Shown: positions 8,370 to 18,834, counted from the stretch's first letter. The stretch: 32,000 bases of DNA from Candidatus Stoquefichus sp. SB1 (GCF_001244545.1 NZ_LN852694.1:619747-651746), one strand, 5' to 3'. A program made the numbers and translations. The notes: a model not told the origin generated them from the sequence alone.

Positions 8370-8810
8370 TTAATACAGATGATATTTCTTTAAATTATAT
8401 ATCATACACATAATTAGAAATTCTATTCTTACATTTTCACTTCTCTTCTTATAAATTTTGTGAACTTCGTCTTGCATGATAACTCCAAATACTTTCTACC
8501 TTATGCTTCTTGGTTTATTTTATTCTTTCCGAAGTTCCGTTGATAGATTTTCATTTATTATATTGTAGAACTTATTAGGCACAATATTTCTTGATATAAT
8601 TTTATGTATTCTATAAAGCTTTTTTCAATATTCAAACCTCTTACTGCTTTGTTAGATGTTTGAATATTGAAAATTAATCTGTTCTGTTGTTTTTGTATGT
8701 GAATATGGATTATGAGTGGAACAAATTATTTTGATTTTTTTCTCTATTTTATCTTTCTATTCAACTATGAATTTCCTTTGTACTTTTATATGTGTTCTTA
8801 TTTTTTCTAA
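8370..8810 (-). pseudogene. Decayed IS1182/IS5-like transposase C-terminal remnant
   Basis: The minus-strand translation, with several stops, reads ..KKLYRIHKIISRNIVPNKFYNIINENLSTELRKE*NKPRSIR*KVFGVIMQDEVHKIYKKRSENVRIEFLIMCMIYNLKKY*. It resembles the ..Y.KR...VE..FG.IK.....F..RG..KV..E..L.C...NL.K C-terminus of that transposase group. Family assignment is tentative. Confidence 0.45.
8622..8673. repeat. Inverted repeat, 16-bp perfect arms (TTTTCAATATTCAAAC / GTTTGAATATTGAAAA), 20-nt loop
   Basis: Read directly. It lies inside the IS1182-like pseudogene. Confidence 0.85.
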
Positions 8811-9107
8811 TTCTTTATAATAAGTAATTATTTTTATTTCTTGATTTTTTAAAAATTCATATTAATTTTGAATGTTATTTACTTAATTGATTAAAACTTT
8901 ATTTTAGTAAAATAACAAAGTCATGCATTTTAGTAATTGTCATATGAAGTATAGAAAATATATGAGATGTCTAATAAGAAAAAATGCTAATTAACATTTA
9001 TGTTTGTGCAAAAAATGATTTTAAAAATAAATGAAAAATGTTCAATTCAATAAATAGTAAATTTATTTTAAGTTGAGTTCTTGATAGAATTTTTATCGAC
9101 AATTAGT

Positions 9108-9138
9108 AACATAAAAAAACAATTTATGTTTTTTATTT
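9108..9138 (+). terminator. Weak terminator-like hairpin (AACATAAA-7 nt-TTTATGTT followed by TTTTATTT)
   Basis: 8-bp almost all-AT stem followed by a T-run, just upstream of or overlapping the predicted -35. It might insulate the GT operon from read-through. Confidence 0.3.
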
Positions 9139-9165
9139 ACCTATTTATTAATATTATGCTATAAT
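9136..9165 (+). promoter_or_regulatory. Sigma-A-type promoter candidate for the glycosyltransferase operon
   Basis: TTTACC (9136-9141), 18-nt spacer, extended -10 TGcTATAAT (9157-9165), 42 nt before ATG 9207. The palindrome GCCAAATTGGC at 9176-9186 sits in the predicted leader. Confidence 0.5.
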
Positions 9166-9206
9166 ATAGTTGATTTGCCAAATTGGCTTTTGGAGGAAGA
9201 TTTTAT

Positions 9207-10127
9207 ATGTCTGAAAAAATAGTTGTTCTATTATCATCTTATAATGGTGAAAAATATATATCAAAACAAATTGAAAGTATTTTAAATCAATTAATTGATT
9301 GTGATTTAACTTTAATTATTCGAGATGATGGCTCAACTGATAGTACAAAAAAAATCATAAATGAGTATCTCATAAAAAATGATAATGTTATTTTTTATGA
9401 AGGGTCAAATGTTGGTTATATAAAAAGTTTTTTTTCACTAATTATGAATAGTGGTGATTTTGATTTTTATGCTTTGAGTGATCAAGACGATATTTGGCAA
9501 TCTAACAAGTTACAAAATGCGGTTAATCAAATACGTAAAAAAAGACAAAAAAATGATATTATTTTATTTGGATCAACTTCTAATTTAGTGTATGATGATA
9601 TGAAACCATTTGGTGTTACCCAAAAAAATTTAAGAGGACTTAATTTTTATAATTGTATTGTTCAAAATATTATTCCTGGACATACACAAGTAATGACAAA
9701 AAAAATGGTAGAGGAAGTAAGAAAAGATTTTGATTGTGATAAAATTTATGCTCATGACTATTGGATTACTATGATTGCTTCTTTGAAGGGGAAAATTATT
9801 TTTGATAATACTCCATATACGTTTTATAGGCAACATAAATCTAATAGCATAGGTTATGGTAAGGGATACTTAGGATGGATAAAAGAACGTATAAAAAGAC
9901 TTTTAAAAAATGATAATAAGAAAATTGCTCTTCAAATTAGTTATTTTTATTCGTTTTATAGAGATGAATTAACTTTTTCTCAAAGAAAATATTTAGAAAA
10001 TTTTTTGAATCAGAAAAACTTTTTTTTGAGATTAAAGAATGTTTTTACTACCAAATTTTATCGACAAAAAAAATTTGAAAATTTTTTATTTAAATTATTG
10101 TATTTGCTTGGTGGTTTTAAGAATTAG
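9207..10127 (+). CDS. Glycosyltransferase family 2
   Basis: MSEKIVVLLSSYNGEKYISKQIESILNQ...IIRDDGSTDST...LSDQDDIW is the standard GT2 N-terminal fold with DxD. SD GGAGGAAG at 9192-9199 favours ATG 9207 over the TTG at 9183 in the ORF track. Confidence 0.85.
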   Translation: MSEKIVVLLSSYNGEKYISKQIESILNQLIDCDLTLIIRDDGSTDSTKKIINEYLIKNDNVIFYEGSNVGYIKSFFSLIMNSGDFDFYALSDQDDIWQSNKLQNAVNQIRKKRQKNDIILFGSTSNLVYDDMKPFGVTQKNLRGLNFYNCIVQNIIPGHTQVMTKKMVEEVRKDFDCDKIYAHDYWITMIASLKGKIIFDNTPYTFYRQHKSNSIGYGKGYLGWIKERIKRLLKNDNKKIALQISYFYSFYRDELTFSQRKYLENFLNQKNFFLRLKNVFTTKFYRQKKFENFLFKLLYLLGGFKN

Positions 10128-10158
10128 TAAATATAGTTTATAATTAGGAGGAATTAAT

Positions 10159-10983
10159 TTGGAAAATATTTGCGCTTGTATTGTTACATTTAATCCAAAT
10201 TTAGCAAGACTTCAACAAAATATTGAAGTTTTAGATAAGGATGTTGACAAGATTTTTATTATAGATAATAATTCAAAAAATAGTGTTGACATTGTAAATA
10301 ATTGTAGATTTTACAAAAAAGTAGTAATAGATATTTTTAATGAAAATAAAGGTATTGCTTATGCATTAAATACTGTTTTAGAAACCGCACGAATAAATGG
10401 ATATCAGTGGTGTGTTACAATGGATCAGGATTCTATTTTGGACGTACAATTTTTAAAAAATTCTTTTCAGTATTTAGATATAAATAATGTGGGAATAATT
10501 TCTCCTTCATCTGAAAAAGGTGAAAAAGGAATCACCAAAATTAAACGCTGTATAACATCAGGAAGTATAACAAATATTAATGCATGGCAAAAAGTAGGCG
10601 GATTTGATTCTGAATTTTTTATTGATTACGTTGATTTTGATTTTTGTGCAAAATTAATTGATAATGGTTTTGATATTCTTTCTCTTTATGGATACCCTTT
10701 GGATCATCAGTTAGGAAATTTGAAAATAAAATATATCTTTGGAATCAAAATTAATACATATAATCATTCGCCCATGAGAACTTATTATTATCTAAGAAAT
10801 TCTATAATTTTTATGAAAAAGAAATATAAATGTGTTAAAATAAAAAATGAAATTTATTATATTGTAAAATGGATTCTTATAAAGATAATTTTTGAAGATA
10901 ATAGATTGGTCACCATAAAAACTATATACAAGGCTTTAATTGATGGTAAAAATTATAAAATAAATGGGGAGAGTGCAAAATGA
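10159..10983 (+). CDS. Glycosyltransferase family 2 (rhamnosyltransferase-like subgroup)
   Basis: CIVTFNPN...IFIIDNNSKN...CVTMDQDS is a pattern I associate with GT2 rhamnosyltransferase-type enzymes. SD AGGAGG at 10146-10151, TTG start. Confidence 0.75.
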   Translation: MENICACIVTFNPNLARLQQNIEVLDKDVDKIFIIDNNSKNSVDIVNNCRFYKKVVIDIFNENKGIAYALNTVLETARINGYQWCVTMDQDSILDVQFLKNSFQYLDINNVGIISPSSEKGEKGITKIKRCITSGSITNINAWQKVGGFDSEFFIDYVDFDFCAKLIDNGFDILSLYGYPLDHQLGNLKIKYIFGIKINTYNHSPMRTYYYLRNSIIFMKKKYKCVKIKNEIYYIVKWILIKIIFEDNRLVTIKTIYKALIDGKNYKINGESAK

Positions 10984-12035
10984 AAGGTGATTATAAATAT
11001 TTAATTTCAATAGTTATACCTGTATATAATGTAGAAAAATTTTTAACAACTTCATTGGATAGTGTTTTCCAACAAACTTTTAAAGATTATGAAGTTATAT
11101 TGGTTAATGATGGTTCGACAGATAGGTCATTATGTATTTGTCAGGAATATCATGATAGATATTGTAATGTGACCGTAGTAAATAAGGTGAATGGAGGATT
11201 ATCTTCTGCAAGAAATGAAGGTATGAAACATATCCAAGGAAAGTATACGCTTTTTTTAGATTCAGATGATTATCTTGAAGTTGATACATTGAATACATTA
11301 TGTAATTATATCCACGATGAACCAGATATATGCTTATTTGGTTACTATCGAGATATCTATAACGGAAGTCATAAATTGATAAGAACTACGGAATGCAAAC
11401 CATTAGTCGATGCTGTTATACAAGACCCTTCACAAATTTATGATCTTTATTTTAGATTAAAGTACAATTTTCTGTCCGATACAAGCTGGAACAAATTGTA
11501 TAAGACAAAGTTTTTAAAATCATCAAATATTTTATTTCCTGATAAAGAACTTTATGAGGACATAGAGTTTAATTTTCAGCTTTTGCCACATATTTCTAAA
11601 ATTAAGTTGATTTCTAAATCATTTTATCACTATATTTCAAGACAAAATATTAAGACTATCACAAATAGTTTTAATGAAAAAAAACTTTCTTTTTTGATAA
11701 AGCGTTGTTATACGATGGAAAATAGTATTGATAGAAAAAATGATATATTAAAAAACAAAGATTATTTGTATAATCAATGTAGTTATTGGTATGGGAAATA
11801 TTTATATTCATTTTTAATGGATATAAATAAAAATTGTAATTTAAATACATTGAAAGAAAATATTAAAAGCAATTTTTCAACTAAAGATTTTCAGCATTTT
11901 TTTAATAAAAAAATGTCGTTTATGAGTTTTAAGCAAAAGATATTAATATTTCCTTTGCATACACAAAATGTATTCTTGTGTGTATTGGCTATAAAGATAA
12001 TGAGTTTTGTTAAGTTCAATATAAGAAAGGGGTAA
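10980..12035 (+). CDS. Glycosyltransferase family 2
   Basis: ISIVIPVYNVEKFLTTSLDSVFQQTFKDYEVILVNDGSTDRS...FLDSDDYL. ATGA overlap with the upstream gene. Confidence 0.85.
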   Translation: MKGDYKYLISIVIPVYNVEKFLTTSLDSVFQQTFKDYEVILVNDGSTDRSLCICQEYHDRYCNVTVVNKVNGGLSSARNEGMKHIQGKYTLFLDSDDYLEVDTLNTLCNYIHDEPDICLFGYYRDIYNGSHKLIRTTECKPLVDAVIQDPSQIYDLYFRLKYNFLSDTSWNKLYKTKFLKSSNILFPDKELYEDIEFNFQLLPHISKIKLISKSFYHYISRQNIKTITNSFNEKKLSFLIKRCYTMENSIDRKNDILKNKDYLYNQCSYWYGKYLYSFLMDINKNCNLNTLKENIKSNFSTKDFQHFFNKKMSFMSFKQKILIFPLHTQNVFLCVLAIKIMSFVKFNIRKG

Positions 12036-12038
12036 ATT

Positions 12039-13481
12039 GTGAAAGTAGATTTATTAAAATATGTTAGAAAGATTTTAAAGTATTCCATTATATTATTTGT
12101 GCTTCAAAATGTTTTTCAGTCTTCTGGAATTGGAATAAAAATAAAGTATCCACTTGTATTACTATGGATGCTAGTAGTTTCGATAGTGTTACTTATGATA
12201 AAGGTTCAAATGGAAAGTGGGGGAGGAATTAAACATTGCGTTTTATATATAAATCAATTTGTAAAAAAAATTGATTTAGTAGTATTGATTTTTTGTCTTG
12301 TTTACTTAATTGATTTAATAGTGTTACCTATTTTGCATCATATTCCACTAAGCAATTCAATTGACGATGCAGGAATGATGATGATGATATTTCTATATTT
12401 TCCATTTTCAATTTTAGTTAGAATGAAAGAAATAAATTTATTGGATTATAAAAATATATTCATTAATTCAGTAGTTGTTTTAGGAATGTGGTTTTCTATA
12501 ATGTGGATATTTGAAAATGTACAACCTGGTTTTTATACTGCGTTTCTAAATTTCTTATATGAACTTAAATGTTTTAATATACAACCCGTTTTAGAAGGAT
12601 ATGGAATGATAAGAATTGTTCAATCCAATATGCTCTTGTTAGGAGTAGGAATATTATTATTTACTATAGTTCCATTTAGTAAAGGAATGAAATGGGAAGC
12701 TTATAGAATATTTTCTTTATTTATTCTTATTTTTGGAATGTGTACAACCTATCTAAAATCTTTATGGTTAGGTGTTATTGCCTCTCTATGTTTAATTATT
12801 TTTATTTTATTAATACAATATATCTTTTTTCATAGAAAAAAGGGAATTGCTTTTGTGTGTAAAAATTTTATAATTTGTTTTGTTTCAGTTCTACTTATTA
12901 ATCAAATATTTGATGGTGGTATCTTTGGACGATTTGAAAATATGTTTTTTTTATCTGATAAAGATAATCAAACTGAAATTGAAAAAAATGTTATAGATTC
13001 AGATACAGAAATAAAAATAGATAACAATTCAAATAATAATTATAATAAGGAACAAGATGCAGAGGGAACAGTTGTTTCTAATGAGTTAAGGGTTGAGCAA
13101 ATTACTAAATTGACTAATAGATGGAAGGAAAAACCAATATTCGGCTTTGGATATGGTGGATTTGTAGAGGGATATACTAGAACCACAATACCAAATGATT
13201 ACCAATTTGAAGTAACATCTTTTGCATTATTAATGAAAACAGGAATTATTGGAATTATTGCTTGGGCTATGTTGATTTTTTTCTATTTATTCATGTGTAT
13301 AAAGAAGTATTCAAAAAATTTTGTGACTTTATCATTGTTATTAAGTATCTTTGTTTGCATATTTTTAAGTGTTCAAACAAATCCATATTTATTTTGTATA
13401 AATACAATGTCTATTTTGCTATACTTACTTTTATTTTGTTTTACATCATTTAATTATAAGGGGGAAAACATTAATGATTAG
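12039..13481 (+). CDS. wzy: O-antigen/repeat-unit polymerase (Wzy / O-antigen-ligase-like membrane protein)
   Basis: 480 aa with more than 10 predicted hydrophobic helices. It has a large Asn/Asp-rich hydrophilic loop followed by ..WKEKPIFGFGYGGF.., as in Wzy_C-type proteins. GTG start after the AAGGGG SD. Confidence 0.65.
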   Translation: MKVDLLKYVRKILKYSIILFVLQNVFQSSGIGIKIKYPLVLLWMLVVSIVLLMIKVQMESGGGIKHCVLYINQFVKKIDLVVLIFCLVYLIDLIVLPILHHIPLSNSIDDAGMMMMIFLYFPFSILVRMKEINLLDYKNIFINSVVVLGMWFSIMWIFENVQPGFYTAFLNFLYELKCFNIQPVLEGYGMIRIVQSNMLLLGVGILLFTIVPFSKGMKWEAYRIFSLFILIFGMCTTYLKSLWLGVIASLCLIIFILLIQYIFFHRKKGIAFVCKNFIICFVSVLLINQIFDGGIFGRFENMFFLSDKDNQTEIEKNVIDSDTEIKIDNNSNNNYNKEQDAEGTVVSNELRVEQITKLTNRWKEKPIFGFGYGGFVEGYTRTTIPNDYQFEVTSFALLMKTGIIGIIAWAMLIFFYLFMCIKKYSKNFVTLSLLLSIFVCIFLSVQTNPYLFCINTMSILLYLLLFCFTSFNYKGENIND

Positions 13482-14427
13482 TGTAGCAATGGCCACTTAT
13501 AATGGCGAAAGGTTTATTATTCAACAACTAAGTTCTATTTTGAATCAATCTGTAAGTGTTGATGAAGTTATTATTTGTGATGATTGCTCGACTGATTCAA
13601 CAGTATCATTGATAAGCGATTTTATAGAAAATAATACACTTTATAATTGGAGAGTTATTAAAAATCAAGAAAATCTTGGTTTTTCAAAAAATTTTTTTAA
13701 GGCAGTAAATTTATGTAAAGGAGACTATATATTTATAGCAGATCAAGATGATATTTGGCTAGAGGATAAGGTTAAAACAATAGTAAATTGTTTTGCCAAT
13801 GATGATACAATTAATTTGGTTTCACATAACTATTTTTTAATAGATTCGCAAAATAATTTTATTAATGAAAAAATCCCTAATTATTCAAACAAAGACACTA
13901 ATTCTTTCAAAAATATTTCTATAAATGATTTTATAGGGGCTTCTCCTATAAGAGGATGTAGTATCTGTTTTAAAAAGAAGATACTAACAGGAATGCCAAC
14001 ATTAGAATTAAGTAATCAGTTAGGGCATGATTGGTTAATATGTATTGAGGCATTGTTAGGTGGTAAAGCTATTATTATTGAAAGAAAATTAATGTCATAT
14101 CGTATTCATGAAGGAAATGTTTCTATTTCTAATAAAAAAAAGAAATTATCTTCAAGTGTTTATAAAAGAATTTATGGAATAGAGGAAGCAATTAAAGCTT
14201 ACCAATTCTTGTTGAATCAGGATATAGACATTAACTATATGAAGAGGATAAAAAAGCAAATTAAATTTGAAAAAAAACGACTTTTATTCATGAAAAATGA
14301 ATCATATTTATCTGTTATATATCTTCTGTTCCATATTACATATTATAATAAAATATACAAATATAGATATGGTGGGCTACGTGTTTTTATAGGTGACATA
14401 CTTTATTCATATAGATATAAAGTATAA
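13474..14427 (+). CDS. Glycosyltransferase family 2
   Basis: ISVAMATYNGERFIIQQLSSILNQ...ICDDCSTDST...ADQDDIW. 8-nt overlap with wzy. Confidence 0.85.
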   Translation: MISVAMATYNGERFIIQQLSSILNQSVSVDEVIICDDCSTDSTVSLISDFIENNTLYNWRVIKNQENLGFSKNFFKAVNLCKGDYIFIADQDDIWLEDKVKTIVNCFANDDTINLVSHNYFLIDSQNNFINEKIPNYSNKDTNSFKNISINDFIGASPIRGCSICFKKKILTGMPTLELSNQLGHDWLICIEALLGGKAIIIERKLMSYRIHEGNVSISNKKKKLSSSVYKRIYGIEEAIKAYQFLLNQDIDINYMKRIKKQIKFEKKRLLFMKNESYLSVIYLLFHITYYNKIYKYRYGGLRVFIGDILYSYRYKV

Positions 14428-14459
14428 ATAATATTAAAATATTCTGTGGAGGTAGAAGA

Positions 14460-15416
14460 ATGAATTATGAATTTGATGTTTCAATATGTTGTGCAACATA
14501 TAACCAATGTAAATATATTCAGCAAACATTAGATGGATTTAGTATGCAAATGAAAGATACTTCTCTGAAAATTGAAGTAATAATACATGATGATTGCTCA
14601 TCAGATGGAACTCAGGACATTCTAAAAAAATTTCAAAGTGAGAATAAAAATGTGAAATTAATTTTACAAAATGAGAATCAATATTCTCAAGGTAAGAAGT
14701 TTATCCCTATCTTAATTTCACAGGCTAAAGGAAAATACATTGCATTATGTGAAGGTGATGATTTTTGGGATGATAATAATAAAATACAATTGCAGTATGA
14801 TTATATGGAAAAACATCCAAATTGTTCTTTATGTGTTCATGCAGTTAATTATGTAGATCAAAATGGTAAGTTTTTAAAAAAATACTTTTGCTCTGATTCG
14901 GATACAGAAATTAAGTTTACAGATATAGTAGAGAAAGGAGGTAATTATCTTCCAACTTTATCTTTGTTTTTTAGAAAATCCGATGCATTAAATTTGCCGA
15001 AAGCATATTATATGTGTCCTATATGTGATTATCCATTACAAATATTTTTGGCTGAAAAGGGATATTGTTATTATATGAATAAAGTGATGGGAAGTTATAG
15101 GATTAATAGCATTGGATCTATGACTGATTCTCTATATAAGGACACTACTTCATCAATTAATTTATTAAAAGATTTAATAAAAATGTTTGATAATTTTAAT
15201 CAATTATATAATTATGAGTATGATAAACTTTTTTCTAAAATGAAAGTTAAACAGCAGTATGATATATATGATTATTTGGGAGATATAAAATCTTTAATGA
15301 CAGAACCCTATCTTACAGTTTATAAAAACCTTCGATTTTTAGAACGTATAAAAACCCAAATTCGTTGCCGATATCCATCATTTTATAGGAGGATAAAAAA
15401 ATATGCAAGGCAGTAA
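14460..15416 (+). CDS. Glycosyltransferase family 2
   Basis: VSICCATYNQCKYIQQTLDGFSMQ...IIHDDCSSDGT...CEGDDFW. SD GGAGG upstream. Confidence 0.85.
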   Translation: MNYEFDVSICCATYNQCKYIQQTLDGFSMQMKDTSLKIEVIIHDDCSSDGTQDILKKFQSENKNVKLILQNENQYSQGKKFIPILISQAKGKYIALCEGDDFWDDNNKIQLQYDYMEKHPNCSLCVHAVNYVDQNGKFLKKYFCSDSDTEIKFTDIVEKGGNYLPTLSLFFRKSDALNLPKAYYMCPICDYPLQIFLAEKGYCYYMNKVMGSYRINSIGSMTDSLYKDTTSSINLLKDLIKMFDNFNQLYNYEYDKLFSKMKVKQQYDIYDYLGDIKSLMTEPYLTVYKNLRFLERIKTQIRCRYPSFYRRIKKYARQ

Positions 15417-16845
15417 TAAAATTGTTAATTCGTTAATTTGGAAATTTTTAGAACGTTTTGGAACAGTTGGAATTCAATTTGTTATTCAAATTTTTTTAGC
15501 AAGATTACTTGGACCATCAGATTATGGAGTCATTGCGTTAATCACTGTTTTTATTACAATTTCAAATGTTTTTGTTCAAACTGGATTTAATACATCATTA
15601 ATACAACAGTCAGATGTTCAAATAGAAGACTATTCTTCAGTTTTTTGGATGAGTATTATCATTGCGTCTTTGTGCTATGCTGTTTTATTTGTGAGTTCGC
15701 CAGTGATTGCTTCTTTTTATTCAATGCCTATTTTAAAAGAGGTACTAAGAATTTTAGGATTAACCTTGTTCTTTGGAGCATATAACTCTATTCAAATAGC
15801 AAAAATAAGTCGTGAGTTTAAATTTAGAATGTTATTTTTTAGTAGTCTTATAGGTATGGTTATATCTGGATTTATTGGAATTATAATGGCTTATAATAAT
15901 TTTGGAGTTTGGTCCATTGTTTTTCAACAGTTGTCAAGCCAAATTGTAACCTCATTAGTTTTGTATTTTGAAGTAGATTGGCATTTGGAGTTCAAGTTTA
16001 ATATTTTAAGAATTAAGAAATTGTTTGGATTTGGTTCTAAGTTGTTGGTGTCTTCATTGATTGATGTATTATATAACAATTTGTATAATTTAATAATTGG
16101 AAAAGTATATAGCGCATCACAATTAGGTTATTATAATAGAGCTGATCAATTTCCAAATTTAATTGTAAGTAATGTGAATGGATCAATTCAAAGTGTAATA
16201 TTACCAGCGTTATCAGAAAAACAAGATAGTATAGATGAAGTGCGAGCTATGGTTAGAAAATCAATGTCATTAAGTTCTTATATTATCTTTCCTCTAATGA
16301 TTGGAATGGCGGCTTGTGCTGAACCATTAGTTCTATTAATTTTAACTGAAAAGTGGTTAGCATGTGTTCCTCTTTTAAGGTTACTTTGTTTTTCTTATAT
16401 GTTATGGCCTATACATACAGCTAATCTACAAGCAATTAATGCTTTGGGACGTAGTGATATATTTTTAAAACTTGAAATAATTAAAAAAATTATTGGCATT
16501 ATTACTCTTATTGTGAGTATTCCTTTTGGTGTTATAGTAATGGTTTTTATGAAAATTGTCACTGGAGTAATAAGTACATTTATAAATGCTTATCCTAATG
16601 TTAAATTATTACGATATAATATTTTAGATCAGTTTAAAGATATTTTTTCAGCATTCGTTATATCTGTAATTATGGGAATTATTGTTTTTTTGTTTGATAA
16701 TATAATTTCTGGTTTTGGTATATCCATCATAGCTAGATGTGCGTTAGATGCTTTTATAGGATTCGTTATCTATTTAATATTATCTGTTATAGTTAAGAAT
16801 AAAAGTTTTGATTATTTAATTAATATCATAAAAGTTAGGAAATAG
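15403..16845 (+). CDS. wzx: Polysaccharide repeat-unit flippase (Wzx, MOP superfamily)
   Basis: 480 aa with about 12-14 hydrophobic segments. N-terminus ..FLERFGTVGIQFVIQIFLARLLGPSDYGVIALI.. is typical of the Polysacc_synt family. 14-nt overlap with the upstream GT. Confidence 0.8.
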   Translation: MQGSNKIVNSLIWKFLERFGTVGIQFVIQIFLARLLGPSDYGVIALITVFITISNVFVQTGFNTSLIQQSDVQIEDYSSVFWMSIIIASLCYAVLFVSSPVIASFYSMPILKEVLRILGLTLFFGAYNSIQIAKISREFKFRMLFFSSLIGMVISGFIGIIMAYNNFGVWSIVFQQLSSQIVTSLVLYFEVDWHLEFKFNILRIKKLFGFGSKLLVSSLIDVLYNNLYNLIIGKVYSASQLGYYNRADQFPNLIVSNVNGSIQSVILPALSEKQDSIDEVRAMVRKSMSLSSYIIFPLMIGMAACAEPLVLLILTEKWLACVPLLRLLCFSYMLWPIHTANLQAINALGRSDIFLKLEIIKKIIGIITLIVSIPFGVIVMVFMKIVTGVISTFINAYPNVKLLRYNILDQFKDIFSAFVISVIMGIIVFLFDNIISGFGISIIARCALDAFIGFVIYLILSVIVKNKSFDYLINIIKVRK

Positions 16846-17449
16846 AGTGAAATTTGGATAAATATACCCATATTTTATTTTGATGTTTAAAGTATAATAC
16901 ATGCCTAATTGATGATGATTGACACATGTGGTAATTTATTATCTATAATTCATTTAATAATTACAAGTTGTTTTGTTATTAAAATTAGGATAATTTAGTA
17001 TTAATATGCATTAATAAATATTCTGCTCTAATATATAAATTATATATCTTGAAAAGTTTGTATAAAGAACTAAAAGTTTAAAGGTGTAGACTTTTATGAT
17101 AAGGATGAAAAAATTATTAAATTCTTTTTAATTATTTAATTAGAAGAGATAAATAAGAGAAAAGTTTATTATCAAATGTTCTGTAAGATGCTTTTATATA
17201 CCAAATTAAAATGATGTTATACCCACAAATAAAAGAATTGTAATGTTCTACAACAGTAAGCAATGAGAGTTTTAGATGAGTTGAAGCACAATAAGTTTAA
17301 AATTGTTATTAAGACTAACAGTTTAGAGTGTTTTATATATTAAATGCATAGTAATTCGTCTATAGATAGGAGATATTTATCTAAGTATTATGCTTTGGAT
17401 TTTGAAAAAATGAAATTAATAGAATATGAAGGAGGAAATTAATAAAATT

Positions 17450-18559
17450 ATGAAAGAAAAGATACTTGTGACACGATCATCTATGCCAGATTTTGATGAA
17501 TATATTGATGAAATAAGTGATCTGTGGGAAACCCATTGGCTAACAAATATGGGAGAGAAACATTGCATATTAGAAAATACTCTAAAAGAGTATTTAAATG
17601 TTGAAAATGTTTCACTATTTTCGAATGGTCATATGGCATTAGAATTAGCTATACAGGCTATGAATTTAACAGGAGAGGTTATTACGACGCCGTTTACATT
17701 TGCTTCAACGACACATGCAATTGTAAGAAATGGATTAACGCCAGTTTTTTGTGATATTAATGCGGAAGATTATACAATTGATGTTACAAAAATAGAGTCA
17801 TTAATTACAGATAAGACATCTGCCATTATTCCTGTGCATGTATATGGAAATGTTTGTAATGTAGAAGAGATTGATAGAATAGCAAAAAAATATGATTTGA
17901 AAGTTATATATGATGCTGCTCATGCTTTTGGTGTAAAATATAAAGGGAAAGGAATAGCAGAATATGGTGATGTTTCAATGTTCAGTTTTCATGCCACAAA
18001 AGTTTTCAACACTATAGAAGGTGGGGCATTATGTTTTAAAAATCCTGAATTTGGTAAAAGAGTTAATAGGTTGAAAAATTTTGGTATTAGAGATGAGGAA
18101 GTGGTTGATTCTATAGGTGCAAATGCAAAAATGAATGAATTTCAGGCTGCAATGGGGATCTGCAATTTAAGACATGTCCATGCTGAAATAGAAAAAAGAA
18201 AAAAAGTGATAAATAGATATAAAAAAAATTTAGGTGATGTTTTGGGGATTACAATTTTACAACCACAAGATCATGTTCAAGCAAATTATGCATATTTTCC
18301 TATTGTTATTGATGATAAGATATTTGGAAGCACACGAAATGAAGTATATAATTATTTAAAAACTCAAAATATTTTTTCTAGGAAATACTTTTATCCTTTA
18401 ACTAATTCCTTTGATTGTTTTCATGGTCAGTTTGATACTAATCAAACACCTATTGCTGTATATATTTCTAAAAGAGTTTTAACATTGCCATTATATGCAG
18501 ATCTATCATTTGATAATATTGATATAGTTTGTAATGCTATAAAGAAATGTCAAAAATAA
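17450..18559 (+). CDS. DegT/DnrJ/EryC1/StrS-family PLP-dependent nucleotide-sugar aminotransferase
   Basis: ..GEVITTPFTFASTTHAI...VHVYGNVCNVEEIDRIAKKYDLKVIYDAAHAFG...SMFSFHATKVFNTIEGG.. (PLP-lysine motif). GGAGG at 17431-17435 favours ATG 17450 over 17426. Confidence 0.85.
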   Translation: MKEKILVTRSSMPDFDEYIDEISDLWETHWLTNMGEKHCILENTLKEYLNVENVSLFSNGHMALELAIQAMNLTGEVITTPFTFASTTHAIVRNGLTPVFCDINAEDYTIDVTKIESLITDKTSAIIPVHVYGNVCNVEEIDRIAKKYDLKVIYDAAHAFGVKYKGKGIAEYGDVSMFSFHATKVFNTIEGGALCFKNPEFGKRVNRLKNFGIRDEEVVDSIGANAKMNEFQAAMGICNLRHVHAEIEKRKKVINRYKKNLGDVLGITILQPQDHVQANYAYFPIVIDDKIFGSTRNEVYNYLKTQNIFSRKYFYPLTNSFDCFHGQFDTNQTPIAVYISKRVLTLPLYADLSFDNIDIVCNAIKKCQK

Positions 18560-18834
18560 ATATATTTAGACAATAAATATAGATTTTGAAAATTGATTAA
18601 TACGTAAATTTCAGAAATTATAAAAACTATTTTACGTAGATTCAAAAGATGATTTAAATAATTATAGGTAAAATTTAATGTTGTATTAAATTTCTATGTG
18701 GTGAATGAACTTTCGCTTTAAAGTAAAGTGTGGTGTTTTACCAAAAAATTAAGTCTCTGAATTTTTATGTGGTCCATGAAATTGGAATTTAAAAAGATTT
18801 GGAGTTTTAGACCTCCCTAGAAAATGTATAGTCA

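Noticed and set aside
8220-9206. Invertible-promoter (inverton) hypothesis for the glycosyltransferase operon, given the nearby tyrosine recombinases
   Set aside because: I found no pair of inverted repeats flanking the 9136-9165 promoter. The only strong inverted repeat (8622-8673) is a simple hairpin inside a transposase pseudogene. The recombinases are better explained as a self-contained RIT element.
10020-10073. Homopolymer tracts (T8 at 10020-10027, A8 at 10066-10073, A8 near 22684-22691) as slipped-strand phase-variation switches
   Set aside because: Runs of 7-8 A or T are expected at high frequency in DNA this AT-rich. All listed tracts are currently in frame and none is unusually long. 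The window offers no supporting evidence.
9630-13453. Short overlapping ORFs 9630-9836(-), 11104-11298(-), 11891-12088(-) and 13262-13453(+) within the GT/Wzy genes
   Set aside because: Each is embedded in a longer gene that has clear family motifs. The translations are low-complexity and there are no ribosome-binding sites.
16846-17425. 580-bp ORF-free gap between wzx and the aminotransferase as a possible riboswitch, leader or decayed gene
   Set aside because: I could find only a loose TTGACA-19-TATAAT pair (16919-16949) and no conserved structure or protein-like frame. I cannot support any specific call.
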